Below, one piece after another: positions 17,601-27,500 of a stretch of DNA of 64,000 nucleotides. A model generated the notes under the pieces. The model ran no database searches, was not told where the DNA came from, and was given only the letters and a program-made list of their open reading frames with translations. This DNA comes from a virus. The stretch covers positions 1 through 64,000 of the IMG/VR virus record IMGVR_UViG_3300027977_000008; one strand, written 5' to 3'. Numbering within the stretch: the first letter of the stretch is position 1; every line of letters starts with the position of its first letter. The position numbers and the translations under genes are program-made.

Positions 17601-19799
17601 TCTCTATCTGGAAATAGTGTTGGAGCTGTAAGAATTATCAATGCTGGAGGAAATCTCAAGAGCACTGATAATGATCTTATTGCAGTCAATAATACTAATG
17701 GTGTTGGAATTATTAGTGCTACGTATTCTATACCAAATGTAACACTGAAATTACAAACACCATCTTCAGGATTTACTACATCCAATCCACTACCATTTAC
17801 CATTGGAGATCAAGTATTTGTTGAAAATATTGGGGTTTCTACTGGTAAAGGATATAACTCCGCACAGTATGATTATCGCTATTGGACAATTACTGGAGTA
17901 AACACTGCATTTGGACTAGTCAATCAAGCCACAATTTCTTATGCAGTAGATGAAAATCCTGGTGTTCATGATGGATTATTATACGGAAGTGTATCTAACG
18001 TAAAGGATCTTGCTACATTTAGTTTGACACTAAAAGAAGGTGATTTTTATAATGGTGAAGAAGTCTATACTAAAACGTCATCAGCAAAAGTTATTGCTGG
18101 AAATGGTTCCGTAACAGATGTATTGAGAATTGATAGTCTTGTTGGTCTCAATACTGGTGATTTGTTGAAAGGTAGAATTTCAGGTGCTTCTGGAATCATT
18201 GAAAGTATGCAGAGTTACTCTGGATACTTTGATGTTAATTCAACTATTTCAAAAGATTTTGGATGGGAAAGAGATACTGGAAAACTAAATGAATTTTTTC
18301 AAAGAATTCATGATAGTGATTACTATCAACAATTTGCATACTCCCTAAAGAGTAAAGTTGGTATCAGTAGTTGGAGTGAACCAGTTGATAGTTTGGCACA
18401 CATTGCAGGTTTCAAAAAACACTCAGATTTACTTGTCCCATCAGATAGTCTTGCTGGACTCGGTAGTACTAGTGTCTCAACTGGAATTGGATCTCAAGCG
18501 AGTACAATTATATTGGTCAATTCAGACGCTACAAAATTATATTGTAAACATAATTGGGATCTTGTTTATGAAAAAACAAATAGTGATGCAACAATCAGCG
18601 ATAAAATTGTATTCAATTCAAATAGATTTGGTAGTTCTCTAATTTGTAAGTCTAACAGAGTACTTGAAATTGATGACATTAGCCCACAATTTTATTCAGA
18701 TCCCGATATAAGTAGATCTATAGAACTTGATAGTTTTGACTTCAATCAAGCATCTGCAATTAAATATTATGCACAAGTCGTACTTGATACTTCGTTAGGA
18801 ATTGTTTTTAACGAAACACAATACACAGAATTTGTCGTTTCTCATAACGGCACGATATCGTTTAACAACCAATACTCGGATTTATCTGATGCATTTGATT
18901 TAGGTGATTTTAGTACTTCAATTTCTGGAACAACTGTATCAGTTCTATTCTCACCATACAATACAACATTTACTTACGACATAACTTTCTACAAAGAAAA
19001 AATTGAACCAAGTGTTGGTGTTGGAACTACTTCATTTGGACATATTCAGAAAATAGGTATTGCTTCTTTCATAGCAGCATCTGGATCTCCAACACAACAA
19101 ATTATTCAATCCATTAATGCAAACGAATTCAAAAGTGGTAGTGTAATTATTTCTGTTATAGGAGTAAATCAAAAAAATATTGTTGAAGCATCTTTCCTAG
19201 GAATAGGATCTACTGCTCAATATGTTGAGTTTGGTAAGATGGGCAGTGGAGTTGGACTTGGAACATTTAGTGTAGATATGACAGCAACAAATACACTTCA
19301 TCTAAAGTGGTTACCTGCCGCTGGAGTTGGTGTAACGGTTGCTATGCTATCTACCCTAGTTGGTGTTGCAACTACAGTTTCTAGCGGTATTCCAGGCACA
19401 TCCCGTGAAGTTGGAGATGCTTCTTTAAATTGTACTAGAACTACAATTTCTTCTTCGGCATCCCCATCAGCAGAAACTATATCAATTATTTCTTCCAACA
19501 ATTATGTTTCTGTAAAATACCTTGTTGAAATTCATAATACAACGGATAATGTATATTCATTCTTCCATGTTGCAGCAAACATTTATGGTGATGTGATAAA
19601 TTATATAAAATATAATAATCTTTCAACTTCAGTTGATCTTACAAGAGATATACAAAATACTGATATGGTTGTTTCAGGATCTAATGGATTATTGAGATTT
19701 ACTCCAAGAACAAATAAAGCATACATTGTAAGAACATCTGAAATTATGATTGATAACCCAGATGACGTAGCATCTGATGTTGTTATAACCCTTCCATAA
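11601..19799 (+). CDS. gp7: Large baseplate wedge initiator, gp7-like (N-terminal gene; contains a YHYH-like segment)
   Basis: FYKSKGT motif, HSPILGYAYDGSPIYGPY...DLDEYNGRF and DSDYYQQFAYSLKS; lies between gp6 and gp8. Confidence 0.8.
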   Translation: MIETSILKVKINEIIQSQIPEYIDVENPYFGEFLKQYYYSQEYQGGPVDIADNLVEYKGLDYLNPKNLIGFTSLTSYISGVDDTIYVSSTDGWPTQWGLLKVDNEIITYTGIGSTVFTGCVRGFSGIEKNTKTNHPEYLTFTSSGIATHASNAKVENLSNVFLNEFLKKLKKLVLPGFEDRNLYGDLNESNFIRQVKDFYKSKGTEEAFKILFKALYDEGVEMVQPQKFVIKPSDADYIKNDVLVCEVVSGNPIKIEGQTLFQDTTPLQTSGSIYNVEKAIINGSTYYKISISKGTTVGKFLQVGKTFITKTSGAGSTIINIDSTVGFGTTGNLNYEDLQFSYTDKNYTQFLGVSGITTTVGIGSTVFASGFQTYSYEDGDLNTPVYLNIVGTISNFNGSAINQQEGSNINVKTLGIEQKDIRFTSWIYNIPTKYIVNNIISLGSNVYEFVFFSDHILYVGDILDIVDEDNNIIVGTLLQIINNKTIQVNCSALNLSKKHFIRRQLKTNKDYTADVQNVYSAGADVYVASNSIPHWTINPQKRIRNFTTSGVATSTQILITDHHFNDGELVVYKPSSTNGAVSGLSTNQSYYIRKIDDNTVSLAYSLENARRGQHITIFGSSDLSGITTHSLTPSNVGFSTIGAQKLLRKFLVPEYSETKIETIPGGVGLFDNGVEIYSYKSTDQVFYGPIQSVSVLNEGSDFDVINPTRLSVYQDGHTGAGSSVIAHVSGTIKEILVDTEGLDYTSTPTVYISGGNGSAVAEAKMKLVAHQVDFDSTSTGGIVDTVTDKITFPEAHGFKHGEEIVYNTRGTTPIGLGTTPGTLINGSSYFVIKNNDYTISLAETRQKSLVGIATLDITSNGQGLHAFSTKERRLKVDKVYVIENGTFSNKENTTTPVGINTFTDVITISNHGYTSGEELKYSTTELSVGGLNTTSRYYAIKVDNNQFRVSISTSLTNYIGLTSIGSGYHIFNYPPITITLNGPQGITTANATVTPIVRGSISDVHVKVGGDDFGSTIINDNYRPEIRIIEGSNASLRPLIVNGRLDSVIVKSGGSNYFSIPDIIIDGDGFGAKAKANISNGQIISVDVIDQGAGYTTNGTTITASTPGQGAIFSSNLKKWTVNKVEKYAKIGDVSSDDGFYETVRNTKLGNPYVNYYVPRILRTFLGDNGSQHSPILGYAYDGSPIYGPYAFANYTGTGALKYLQPSYAKISGARVNGPNISQYPAGFFVEDFTYVQGTGDLDEYNGRFAITPEYPNGVYAYYTTVSSSVVNDNGSPFNGVRQPVFPYVIGNYYNFTPNIFNYDYNSTQDIDPITLNLVRNTDAYKINDGYEFISNSNKNTTTQSKISKIKSGSVERIDVIESGLDYTVGDRIVFDNSNTSGFGAIAKISKIVGVAVTDITSSITTLSNIDLVCNNRSVTAISTTPHNLSDGSYVSIVGISSTSFNNITGTFRIDVKGVTSGLATSMLATGLTTSVQIIDLASKFSVNDIIKIDSEQFLIMGIDKANNKLNLQRRYNGTTGAAHTNRSEIVNLEREFTYELDKVVSLSTPKNETVFFDASSSVGVGLTYGVGIGTTISYIGAGNSQKSIFIPTRSIFLPNNPLLHGEEVFYSPGAGTSLTYSLNGSTTSPMPSKMYVQKLTKDLIALTNVKTGINSDLSRVFFNANIGIGNSHSFTTRRNIVSCSVKTVNVVVSTASSHRLRPDDVIDMTVVSTATSSVSAIYDPITRFVSIGSSINPRINIVTGDYLEFDVSNASLLNTKLEFFLDQSYNKTFVGSGVSALEITNQFAPGITSAKTTIHFTEQVPSILYYKFTSQTPSKIVEINKDINEYSKIVVHNSKFTGTHSLTTTTNQTFTYNIFEIPERVGYTSASYINYTTNSTNTKGSIAKIDILDGGKNYKSTPKVSASSTTGSSATLRTYGSNIGSIDIVQILDFGYDYLSDKTLQPQAAVPQVITLKDNYSVDTVAITSTGSKYLSAPNLIVYNRKSDIVNTESSIVASLSGNSVGAVRIINAGGNLKSTDNDLIAVNNTNGVGIISATYSIPNVTLKLQTPSSGFTTSNPLPFTIGDQVFVENIGVSTGKGYNSAQYDYRYWTITGVNTAFGLVNQATISYAVDENPGVHDGLLYGSVSNVKDLATFSLTLKEGDFYNGEEVYTKTSSAKVIAGNGSVTDVLRIDSLVGLNTGDLLKGRISGASGIIESMQSYSGYFDVNSTISKDFGWERDTGKLNEFFQRIHDSDYYQQFAYSLKSKVGISSWSEPVDSLAHIAGFKKHSDLLVPSDSLAGLGSTSVSTGIGSQASTIILVNSDATKLYCKHNWDLVYEKTNSDATISDKIVFNSNRFGSSLICKSNRVLEIDDISPQFYSDPDISRSIELDSFDFNQASAIKYYAQVVLDTSLGIVFNETQYTEFVVSHNGTISFNNQYSDLSDAFDLGDFSTSISGTTVSVLFSPYNTTFTYDITFYKEKIEPSVGVGTTSFGHIQKIGIASFIAASGSPTQQIIQSINANEFKSGSVIISVIGVNQKNIVEASFLGIGSTAQYVEFGKMGSGVGLGTFSVDMTATNTLHLKWLPAAGVGVTVAMLSTLVGVATTVSSGIPGTSREVGDASLNCTRTTISSSASPSAETISIISSNNYVSVKYLVEIHNTTDNVYSFFHVAANIYGDVINYIKYNNLSTSVDLTRDIQNTDMVVSGSNGLLRFTPRTNKAYIVRTSEIMIDNPDDVASDVVITLP

Positions 19800-19814
19800 A
19801 TACTCTAAAAAGAC

Positions 19815-22800
19815 ATGGGATTTGAGTTAGGATCTGTAAATAAAAAATATAATTCAGCAACGGAAACCTTTAGGTATTCGTTCAATTTGACGCACGAAGG
19901 AGATCCTATTTTTCATAAAACATTTGACGGATCTAATACTTCTAAAGTTTTACTTAGTGCAGATACTTTTGTTATCAGCAATCATTTTTTTGTAACTGGA
20001 GAACCGCTTTATTATAATGCTGGTCCAGGAAATTCTGCTATTGGTATTGATCACACTAGCACTGGCGTAGGTGGTGCTACAACTTTACCACAAAAAGTAT
20101 TTGCAATAAAAATTAGCGAAAATAAATTCAAGGTTGCAGCTGCAGCAACTCTTGCAATTTCTGGAAATGCTATAGGTCTTACCACGGTTGGAGTAGGAAC
20201 AACTCATACATTTACAGCAGAAAAACAAAATATCAAATGTATTATTGCTCTCGATAATGTAATTCAATCTCCAATTTATAAAAGAATAGGTTCTGCAACA
20301 ACCCTATCATCAATAAACAATAGAATTATTCAAGTCAATGATATAAGTTTATTCAAGAATTATGATTTGATCCAAATCAATGATGAAATTATGAGGATCC
20401 AAATTGTAGGTTTCAATGCTAGTCCTAATGAAATGTTGGTTGATAGATCATGGATGGGAACATCTGTAGGAAGTCATTCTGTGGGAGACAATATTCAACT
20501 TGTATTTGGTGACTATAATATCAATAAAGATATAATCACATTTGCAGATGTTCCTTTTGGTGGTATTCGATATACTGTTGGATTTTCATCATCTAATGTA
20601 AATTTGATAACAACAAGTTTTACTGCTTTAGATGATATTTTTACAACAGGATCTAGAGTTCTTTTACGAAGTTTAACACCGCCAGCACCATTAGTTTCAA
20701 ATGAAAATTATTTCTTAATAAAACAATCTGCCAACAACTATTCATTTGCATCAAGTTTAGACGACGCAATCACAGGAATTGCAATTAGTCTTACTAACAC
20801 TGGTATTGGTACACACAATCTTGTTTATATTGATGTCACTAATGGAAGTTCTTTTCAAGGAAGATCTTTTATCCGATCTAATTATGAAGGAAATATTGTT
20901 ATTGATGATATCTCACAAAACTTTACTGGAATAGCAAAAACATTTACTATAAAAAGTTCTGGTGTAAATACAACTGGCATTACAAGCGATTTTGGTGTAA
21001 TATTAGTCAATAATATTTTTCAAAAACCAGAAGTAGACTATCAATTTTTAGGTGGAGCGTCAACAGGAATTACTTCAATAAGATTTACTGGTAATAGCAA
21101 TGCAGTTGTAGAAGCATATAGCACATCTGATGTAAATGCTAATAAATTGCCAAGAAAAGGTCTTATTGTTTCTTTAGCAAATTCTGAAGGTTATGGATAT
21201 CAACCAAGGTATGTCGGAACAGGAACCGCAGTGGTCTCTGGATTTGGAACAATCACAGTTGCACTGGGATACTCTGGCAGCGGATACAGAAACGGTCAAA
21301 CTACTTATAGAATTCATGTCAATGGCGGAAATCCTACGACTGGAGCTGCTGGCACGTTCACTGTCCTAAATGGAAACATTGATAAGATTTTTATTAATAC
21401 TCCAGGTGCAGGTTACACTTCAACAAATGTTCCTGCAATTTCTTTTGATGCTCCAATTTCATATGATGATATTCAATTGATTAGTTCTTCAACAGGTATA
21501 GGTGCTTCTGCATCTATTGTTGTTGGATCTGGATTAAGTATAACATCATTCCAACTAAACAATATTGGATACGGATTTACTGTTGGAGAACAACTAAGAA
21601 TTGCTGGAATTCCAACTGTTACTAGTATTGGATCTACTTTTGCAAATTCAATCTTTACAGTGGTTGAAACTAGAGATGATGAATTCGCTGGGTGGGTTCT
21701 TGGAAAATTACAAGTACTTGATGATTTTTCTTCAGAATTTGATAGCACTCAAACAACATTTACTATTACTGAAAATGGAATTCCTCTAAGTATTGAAAAA
21801 ACTGTAGGAGCACCAATCAATTTAGCAGATGTTTTATTGATATTTATTAATGATGTTCTTCAAAAACCAGAAGAATCTTATACTTTTGAAGGTGGAACTC
21901 AAATAACGTTTACAGAACCACCCGTTGCAGGATCTTCTTTACAGATACTATTTTATAGAGGAACAGATGCTGATATTGATACTACAACAGCACTCGATAC
22001 TATAAAAATTGGTGATGGTGTAACAATTCTTAAAAATCCAAATCAAATTATTCCTGTTGAACAAAATGAAAGAATTGTCAGAGCAATAGTTTCTAGAGAT
22101 ACATTACAAACCAACAATTATAATAAACAAGGAATTAGTCAATCAACATCTCCACTAAGACCTGTTGTTTGGTGTCAACAGCAAGAAGATTTGTTTGTTG
22201 ATGGTATCAAAGTGAGTAAAGCAAGAGTTGAGTATGCTGCAAAAATTAAACCAACTGCAAGAATTATCAAAAATGTTAGCACGTCTGATAGTGTTTTCTA
22301 TGCTGATGGAGGTAGTTTAGTATTCAGTAAAACAGAAGATCCAAATACAACATCATTTGATATTCAAATTATTGATAGTGATAAAGACAATACCGGATTT
22401 GGAACAACATCATTCATTAAACCTATAGAAACAGTTTCATCAGTTTCTATTTCTGGTGATGAAGGTATTATTACTGGAATTGGAACTACCAGTCAGGGAT
22501 TGCAGTTCAATTTCTTTATTCCTCTAAATTCACCACTAAGAGATGCATCTTTTGGTAACACATTAGTAACTGGCATTTCAACTGGTGACTATTTTATAGT
22601 ATCTAGATCCAATATTGGAAATGGAGTAACTGCTTTATCCCAAGATAGATCAAGTACTGTTGGTATCGCAACTCAACTCTTAGATGGCATCTACCAAGTA
22701 AGTCATATCAGTCCAGTTGGAACTGGTTTATCTATGAGAGTTCATGTCAATATCACAACTGGTCATGGACTGAACTTTAGTGGTTTAGGATCTGGTGGCG

Positions 22801-22952
22801 GTAATTTCTATGGTGAATACAGTTGGTCTAAATTTACATCATCAAGAGCAACTGGTCTTGCATTTACTTGCAATCCTCTAAATGGACTTACTGGAATATC
22901 AACTGCGCCACAAATTATTAGAACTACAAACTTATCTTTAGATTACTCATAA
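19815..22952 (+). CDS. Baseplate structural protein (gp7 C-terminal-like)
   Basis: Repeated LDDxSxxF and INxxxQxP modules, ending YSWSKF; ATAAATA at 19796-19802. Confidence 0.7.
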   Translation: MGFELGSVNKKYNSATETFRYSFNLTHEGDPIFHKTFDGSNTSKVLLSADTFVISNHFFVTGEPLYYNAGPGNSAIGIDHTSTGVGGATTLPQKVFAIKISENKFKVAAAATLAISGNAIGLTTVGVGTTHTFTAEKQNIKCIIALDNVIQSPIYKRIGSATTLSSINNRIIQVNDISLFKNYDLIQINDEIMRIQIVGFNASPNEMLVDRSWMGTSVGSHSVGDNIQLVFGDYNINKDIITFADVPFGGIRYTVGFSSSNVNLITTSFTALDDIFTTGSRVLLRSLTPPAPLVSNENYFLIKQSANNYSFASSLDDAITGIAISLTNTGIGTHNLVYIDVTNGSSFQGRSFIRSNYEGNIVIDDISQNFTGIAKTFTIKSSGVNTTGITSDFGVILVNNIFQKPEVDYQFLGGASTGITSIRFTGNSNAVVEAYSTSDVNANKLPRKGLIVSLANSEGYGYQPRYVGTGTAVVSGFGTITVALGYSGSGYRNGQTTYRIHVNGGNPTTGAAGTFTVLNGNIDKIFINTPGAGYTSTNVPAISFDAPISYDDIQLISSSTGIGASASIVVGSGLSITSFQLNNIGYGFTVGEQLRIAGIPTVTSIGSTFANSIFTVVETRDDEFAGWVLGKLQVLDDFSSEFDSTQTTFTITENGIPLSIEKTVGAPINLADVLLIFINDVLQKPEESYTFEGGTQITFTEPPVAGSSLQILFYRGTDADIDTTTALDTIKIGDGVTILKNPNQIIPVEQNERIVRAIVSRDTLQTNNYNKQGISQSTSPLRPVVWCQQQEDLFVDGIKVSKARVEYAAKIKPTARIIKNVSTSDSVFYADGGSLVFSKTEDPNTTSFDIQIIDSDKDNTGFGTTSFIKPIETVSSVSISGDEGIITGIGTTSQGLQFNFFIPLNSPLRDASFGNTLVTGISTGDYFIVSRSNIGNGVTALSQDRSSTVGIATQLLDGIYQVSHISPVGTGLSMRVHVNITTGHGLNFSGLGSGGGNFYGEYSWSKFTSSRATGLAFTCNPLNGLTGISTAPQIIRTTNLSLDYS

Positions 22953-22976
22953 ATAAAACAAAAAGTCTAGAAAATA

Positions 22977-24515
22977 ATGCCAGCGGTCATTACTGATCAG
23001 ATCAGAGTATTGAATTCATCAAATTTTGTCAGTGGTATTTCAACTTCTGATAATAGTTATTACGTGTTTATTGGTTTACCAAATGCAACTGAAGTAAGTG
23101 CAGATTGGAATACTAATACGCCATATCCAATTGATGGTTTTGATCAATATAACGATATTTACGATACTCTAATTTCTGCTAAAAAAATTACATCAAGTGA
23201 TGTTCTAAAAGTTATTAGAAAAATTTCTTGGACATCAGGTATAATTTATGAAATGTACCGTCACGATTACAGTATAAACAGAACTTCACCCCAAACTGGT
23301 GCAACTAGTTTGTACAGGTCAAATTTTTATGCAATGAACTCTGACTACAGAGTTTATGAGTGCATTTATAATGGTGCTGCTCCTTCTAATAGTGGAAACG
23401 GAATTATTTCTCTTGAAGAACCAACACATACTGATCTTCAACCAAGATTAGAAAGTGATGGGTATATTTGGAAATATCTATTTTCTATCAAACCAAGTGA
23501 TATTATTAAGTTTGATAGTGTTGACTATATTTCTGTTCCTGCTAACTGGAAAACAAACTCCGCTGTTGCTGATGTTAGAAACGCTGCAGTTGATGGAAGA
23601 ATTGAAGTTATTACTATCGAAAGTGTAAGTTCTGCTTCATATCAATACAGTGGAACAAAAAATAATGTACCAATTAAAGGTGATGGTCAAGATGGATTGG
23701 CATCAGTTACTTTTATTGATGGAAAACCAACAACTGTAACAGTAACTAATGGTGGGACTGGATATACTTTTTCTACACTAGATCTTGATAGTGTTGTTAC
23801 TGGATCTGGTGCAAGTTTTTCTGTAATTATTCCTCCTCCAGGTGGACATGGTGCAGATATTGATAAAGAACTTGGTGCCAATAGAGTTCTAATTTATTCA
23901 AGAATTGAAAATAGTGATGTAACAAATCCAGATTTTCCAACGGGAAATCAGTTTGCAAGAATTGGTCTAATCAAAAATCCTTTGGTCAATGGAACTTCAA
24001 ATTTATTGACAGCATCTTCTGCATCTGGTGTATATGGTCTTCGTTTGACTGGTGCTGCTACAACAACAATGAGTGTATCTGTTGATGGGCAAGTCAGACA
24101 AACAATTGGTGTTGGATCAACTGCGGTTGGGAAAATTATTTCATATGATCCTGTTACAAAAATTTTAAAATATTGGCAAGATAGAGATCTTGCTACTGAC
24201 AGTTCAACTGGATCAAAACCAACCTACGGATACCGTCTAAATAAGTTTACAAGTTCTCCAGGAACAGGCGGAGGTGTAAACGTAGTTGTAACAACAACTA
24301 CTGGCACTGAAACCGTAGGTATTGAAACAACATTTACTGGAGTTTCAACAACGGTCAACTCAAGAACTTATTACTTTGGACAAACATTTAATAATGGTCT
24401 TGCACAACCAGAAATTAAAAAATATTCTGGAGAAATCATTTACGTTGATAATAGACCAGAAGTAACAAGAGCTACAAACCAAAGAGAAGATATTAAAATT
24501 GTATTAGAGTTCTGA
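22977..24515 (+). CDS. gp8: Baseplate wedge subunit gp8
   Basis: YEMYRHDY, VYECIYN, DGYIWKYL, PPGGHG and EDIKIVLEF motifs. Confidence 0.92.
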   Translation: MPAVITDQIRVLNSSNFVSGISTSDNSYYVFIGLPNATEVSADWNTNTPYPIDGFDQYNDIYDTLISAKKITSSDVLKVIRKISWTSGIIYEMYRHDYSINRTSPQTGATSLYRSNFYAMNSDYRVYECIYNGAAPSNSGNGIISLEEPTHTDLQPRLESDGYIWKYLFSIKPSDIIKFDSVDYISVPANWKTNSAVADVRNAAVDGRIEVITIESVSSASYQYSGTKNNVPIKGDGQDGLASVTFIDGKPTTVTVTNGGTGYTFSTLDLDSVVTGSGASFSVIIPPPGGHGADIDKELGANRVLIYSRIENSDVTNPDFPTGNQFARIGLIKNPLVNGTSNLLTASSASGVYGLRLTGAATTTMSVSVDGQVRQTIGVGSTAVGKIISYDPVTKILKYWQDRDLATDSSTGSKPTYGYRLNKFTSSPGTGGGVNVVVTTTTGTETVGIETTFTGVSTTVNSRTYYFGQTFNNGLAQPEIKKYSGEIIYVDNRPEVTRATNQREDIKIVLEF

Positions 24516-24519
24516 TCAG

Positions 24520-27500
24520 ATGCCACAAAACACTAACCTCAACACAAATCCATATTATGATGACTTTGATCAAGCGAAGAATTATAATAAAATTCTTTTC
24601 AAACCTGGTGTTCCAATTCAAGCAAGAGAATTAACAACTCTACAGTCAATTCTTCAAGATCAGGTTGAGAAGTTTGGCAAGCATTTCTTCAAAGAAGGAT
24701 CAGTAGTAATTCCTGGATCTATTGCCTATGATGACAGATATTATGCAGTAAAAGTAGAACCAACTTTCTTTGGTGTTCCAGTTGAAAGATACTATGATCA
24801 ATTAGTTGGATTAACAATTCAGGGAAAAACTTCAGGTATTACTGCAGTAGTAAAAAAAGTTTTATCTAAAAATCAATCTATTGAAGGAGTTACAACATTA
24901 TATGTAAAATATCAGAAATCATCAGAACAAGATTATAGTACAGATCAGTTTCTTGATGGTGAAAATCTTGTAACTCTTACTACTTTTACTTACGGATCAA
25001 CAACAATTGCGGCTGGATCTGATTTTTCAACATGCATTCTTACAAAGGCTACTGCAACTGGATATTCTTTTTCTGTAACTGAAGGTGTATTTTTTGCAAG
25101 AGGTGCATTTATTGCAGTAAATGACGAAATAATTATTCTCGATCAGTATTCAAACACTCCATCATATAGAGTTGGATTTTTTGTAAATGAAGAGATTATC
25201 AGTGCTGTTGAGGATTCTTCATTATCTGATAATGCTCAAGGTTATTCAAACTACACTGCTCCTGGAGCAGATAGATTGAAAATTAGTTTGTCGTTAATTA
25301 AAAAAAACTTAGACGACTATCAAGATGAAAACTTCATTGAACTATTCAGAGTAAAGAATGGTGAAGTAAAAAAAATTATTAATAAAACTGTTTATAGTGA
25401 GATTGCTAAAGAACTAGCAAGAAGAACTTATGACGAAAGTGGAGATTATTATGTTAATCAATTTGATCTTCAAGCAAAAGAAAGTTTAAACGACAGATAC
25501 TCAACATTTGGTGTGTTTTTTCCAGAAGAAAACACCGATCAAGGAAATAAACCATCCAAAGACTTACTTGAAATTCAAATTGGTTCAGGAAAGGCATATG
25601 TTAAAGGTTACGAAGTAGAAACTATTGGAACAACTTTTTTAGATGTAGAAAAACCAAGAGAAACTACAACTGTTTTAGGTGCTGGAATTCCATTCCAAGC
25701 AGGCAATCTTCTCAGAGTAAATAATGTTTATGGTGGTGCAAGTGTTGGTCTTGCAACAACAGGATATGTAGATCTCCGTAGTCATAGACTTGGATCTAAT
25801 AAATCTGCCACTGCAGGACAAAGTGTTGGTAGAGCAAGAATATATGACTATAAGTGTACAAATGCAGATTATTCCAATAATGCCTCACAGTTTGACTTAT
25901 ATCTCTACGACATTCAAACTGACACAGAAATTACCCTAAACCAGACACTATCACTTAGTGCTCCTGCTTTAATTGAAGGTAAAAATTCTGGCGCTAAAGG
26001 ATATCTAAGATCTATATCTGGAAATATTCTAACTCTTCACCAAACTTCTGGTAATTTTATTGTTGATGAAGCAATCCTTGTAAATGAAATTGAAAATGGA
26101 AGAGTAATTACCAAAGTATTAGAATTTGATATTACTGATGTTAGATCTGTAAGATCTGAGGTTGGTATTACAACATTCAGTGTTGATACTGTTTTAGAAC
26201 CAAAAATTAATTTTGGCGCTAAACCATTTACAATTACATCTGGATCAGGTGGTGTTTCAACTGTTACAAGTTCTACAAGCGGTTGGACTGTAGGTATCAA
26301 AACTGGTGATATTGTTTCATACGCTAGAACTGATGTATCTGGATCTGTTTTTAATAGAGTAAAAACTATTACACCAACAGCACAGAGTTTGACTGTTGAA
26401 GCAGTAACCAATGTTGTTGGTGTAGCTACTGGAACATTACCACCTGGTGCTGTTAGTTTTTCTGGACTTCTTGTTGTTGCACCAAAAATCAGAAATTCAA
26501 GTTCTGGTTTTATGTACGCAGAGTTTCCAAATAAAAATATTGAAAGTGTAGATCTAACGACATCAGATATTTTTATTAGAAAAGAATACAGAGACAGAAG
26601 TTCATCATCTTTAGGATCATTAGATTTACCATCTTTAGCAGGAACAGATTTTGTTTATGCTCCATTTGATGAGGAAAGGTATTCAATTTTCTATATGGAT
26701 GGAACAGTTGAACCATTAACTCAAGATCAATTCCAACTAACTAATGGTGGAAAAGGTGCAACTATTTTTGGTTTATCTAAAGTAAATCAAACTGGTGTAG
26801 TTGCTGTAACAACTCAACAAAAATCAAAAGTTACATCCAAAAACAAAGTTTTAAACCGTTCAGCATCAGTTACTGTTTCTGGATCAAAATATAATTACTC
26901 AGGAATTTCAACTGGAGTTAGTGATGGTTTAATTTATACTAACGCATACGGTAAGCGTGTTCAAGATAAAGAAATTTCTTTAGATGTTGCTGATGTTGTC
27001 AATGTTCATGCAGTATTTCAGTCATCAACAAATGGTGCTCCAACAGTTCCAAGTTTAGTTCTTTCGTCACTAAATGGTCCAAATGGAACAAATCAAGATC
27101 TGATTAATAGTGAAATTTTAATTGGCAATACTTCCGGTGCTTCAGCATTAGTTCTTGGTAAAACAGCAACTAATCAAATTTATTATATTACTAAAAATAA
27201 TCAAAGTTTTCTTGAAACTGAACAAGTTACATTCCAAGAAAGTGGAGTAACCGGTAATATTTCACAAATCAATCTAGGAGATCCAAATATCTTAGATAAC
27301 TTTAGTTTTGATACAGGTCAACGACTTGAATATTATGATTTTGGTAGATTGATTAGAAAGTCTGGATCACAAGAACCTTCACGTCAACTAAAAGTATACT
27401 TTGATTATTTCACCATCAATTCTAGTGATAATGGTGAAATTATTACAACTAACAGTTATCCTGATTATAATGAAAATATTCAAACTTTTAATAACATAAG

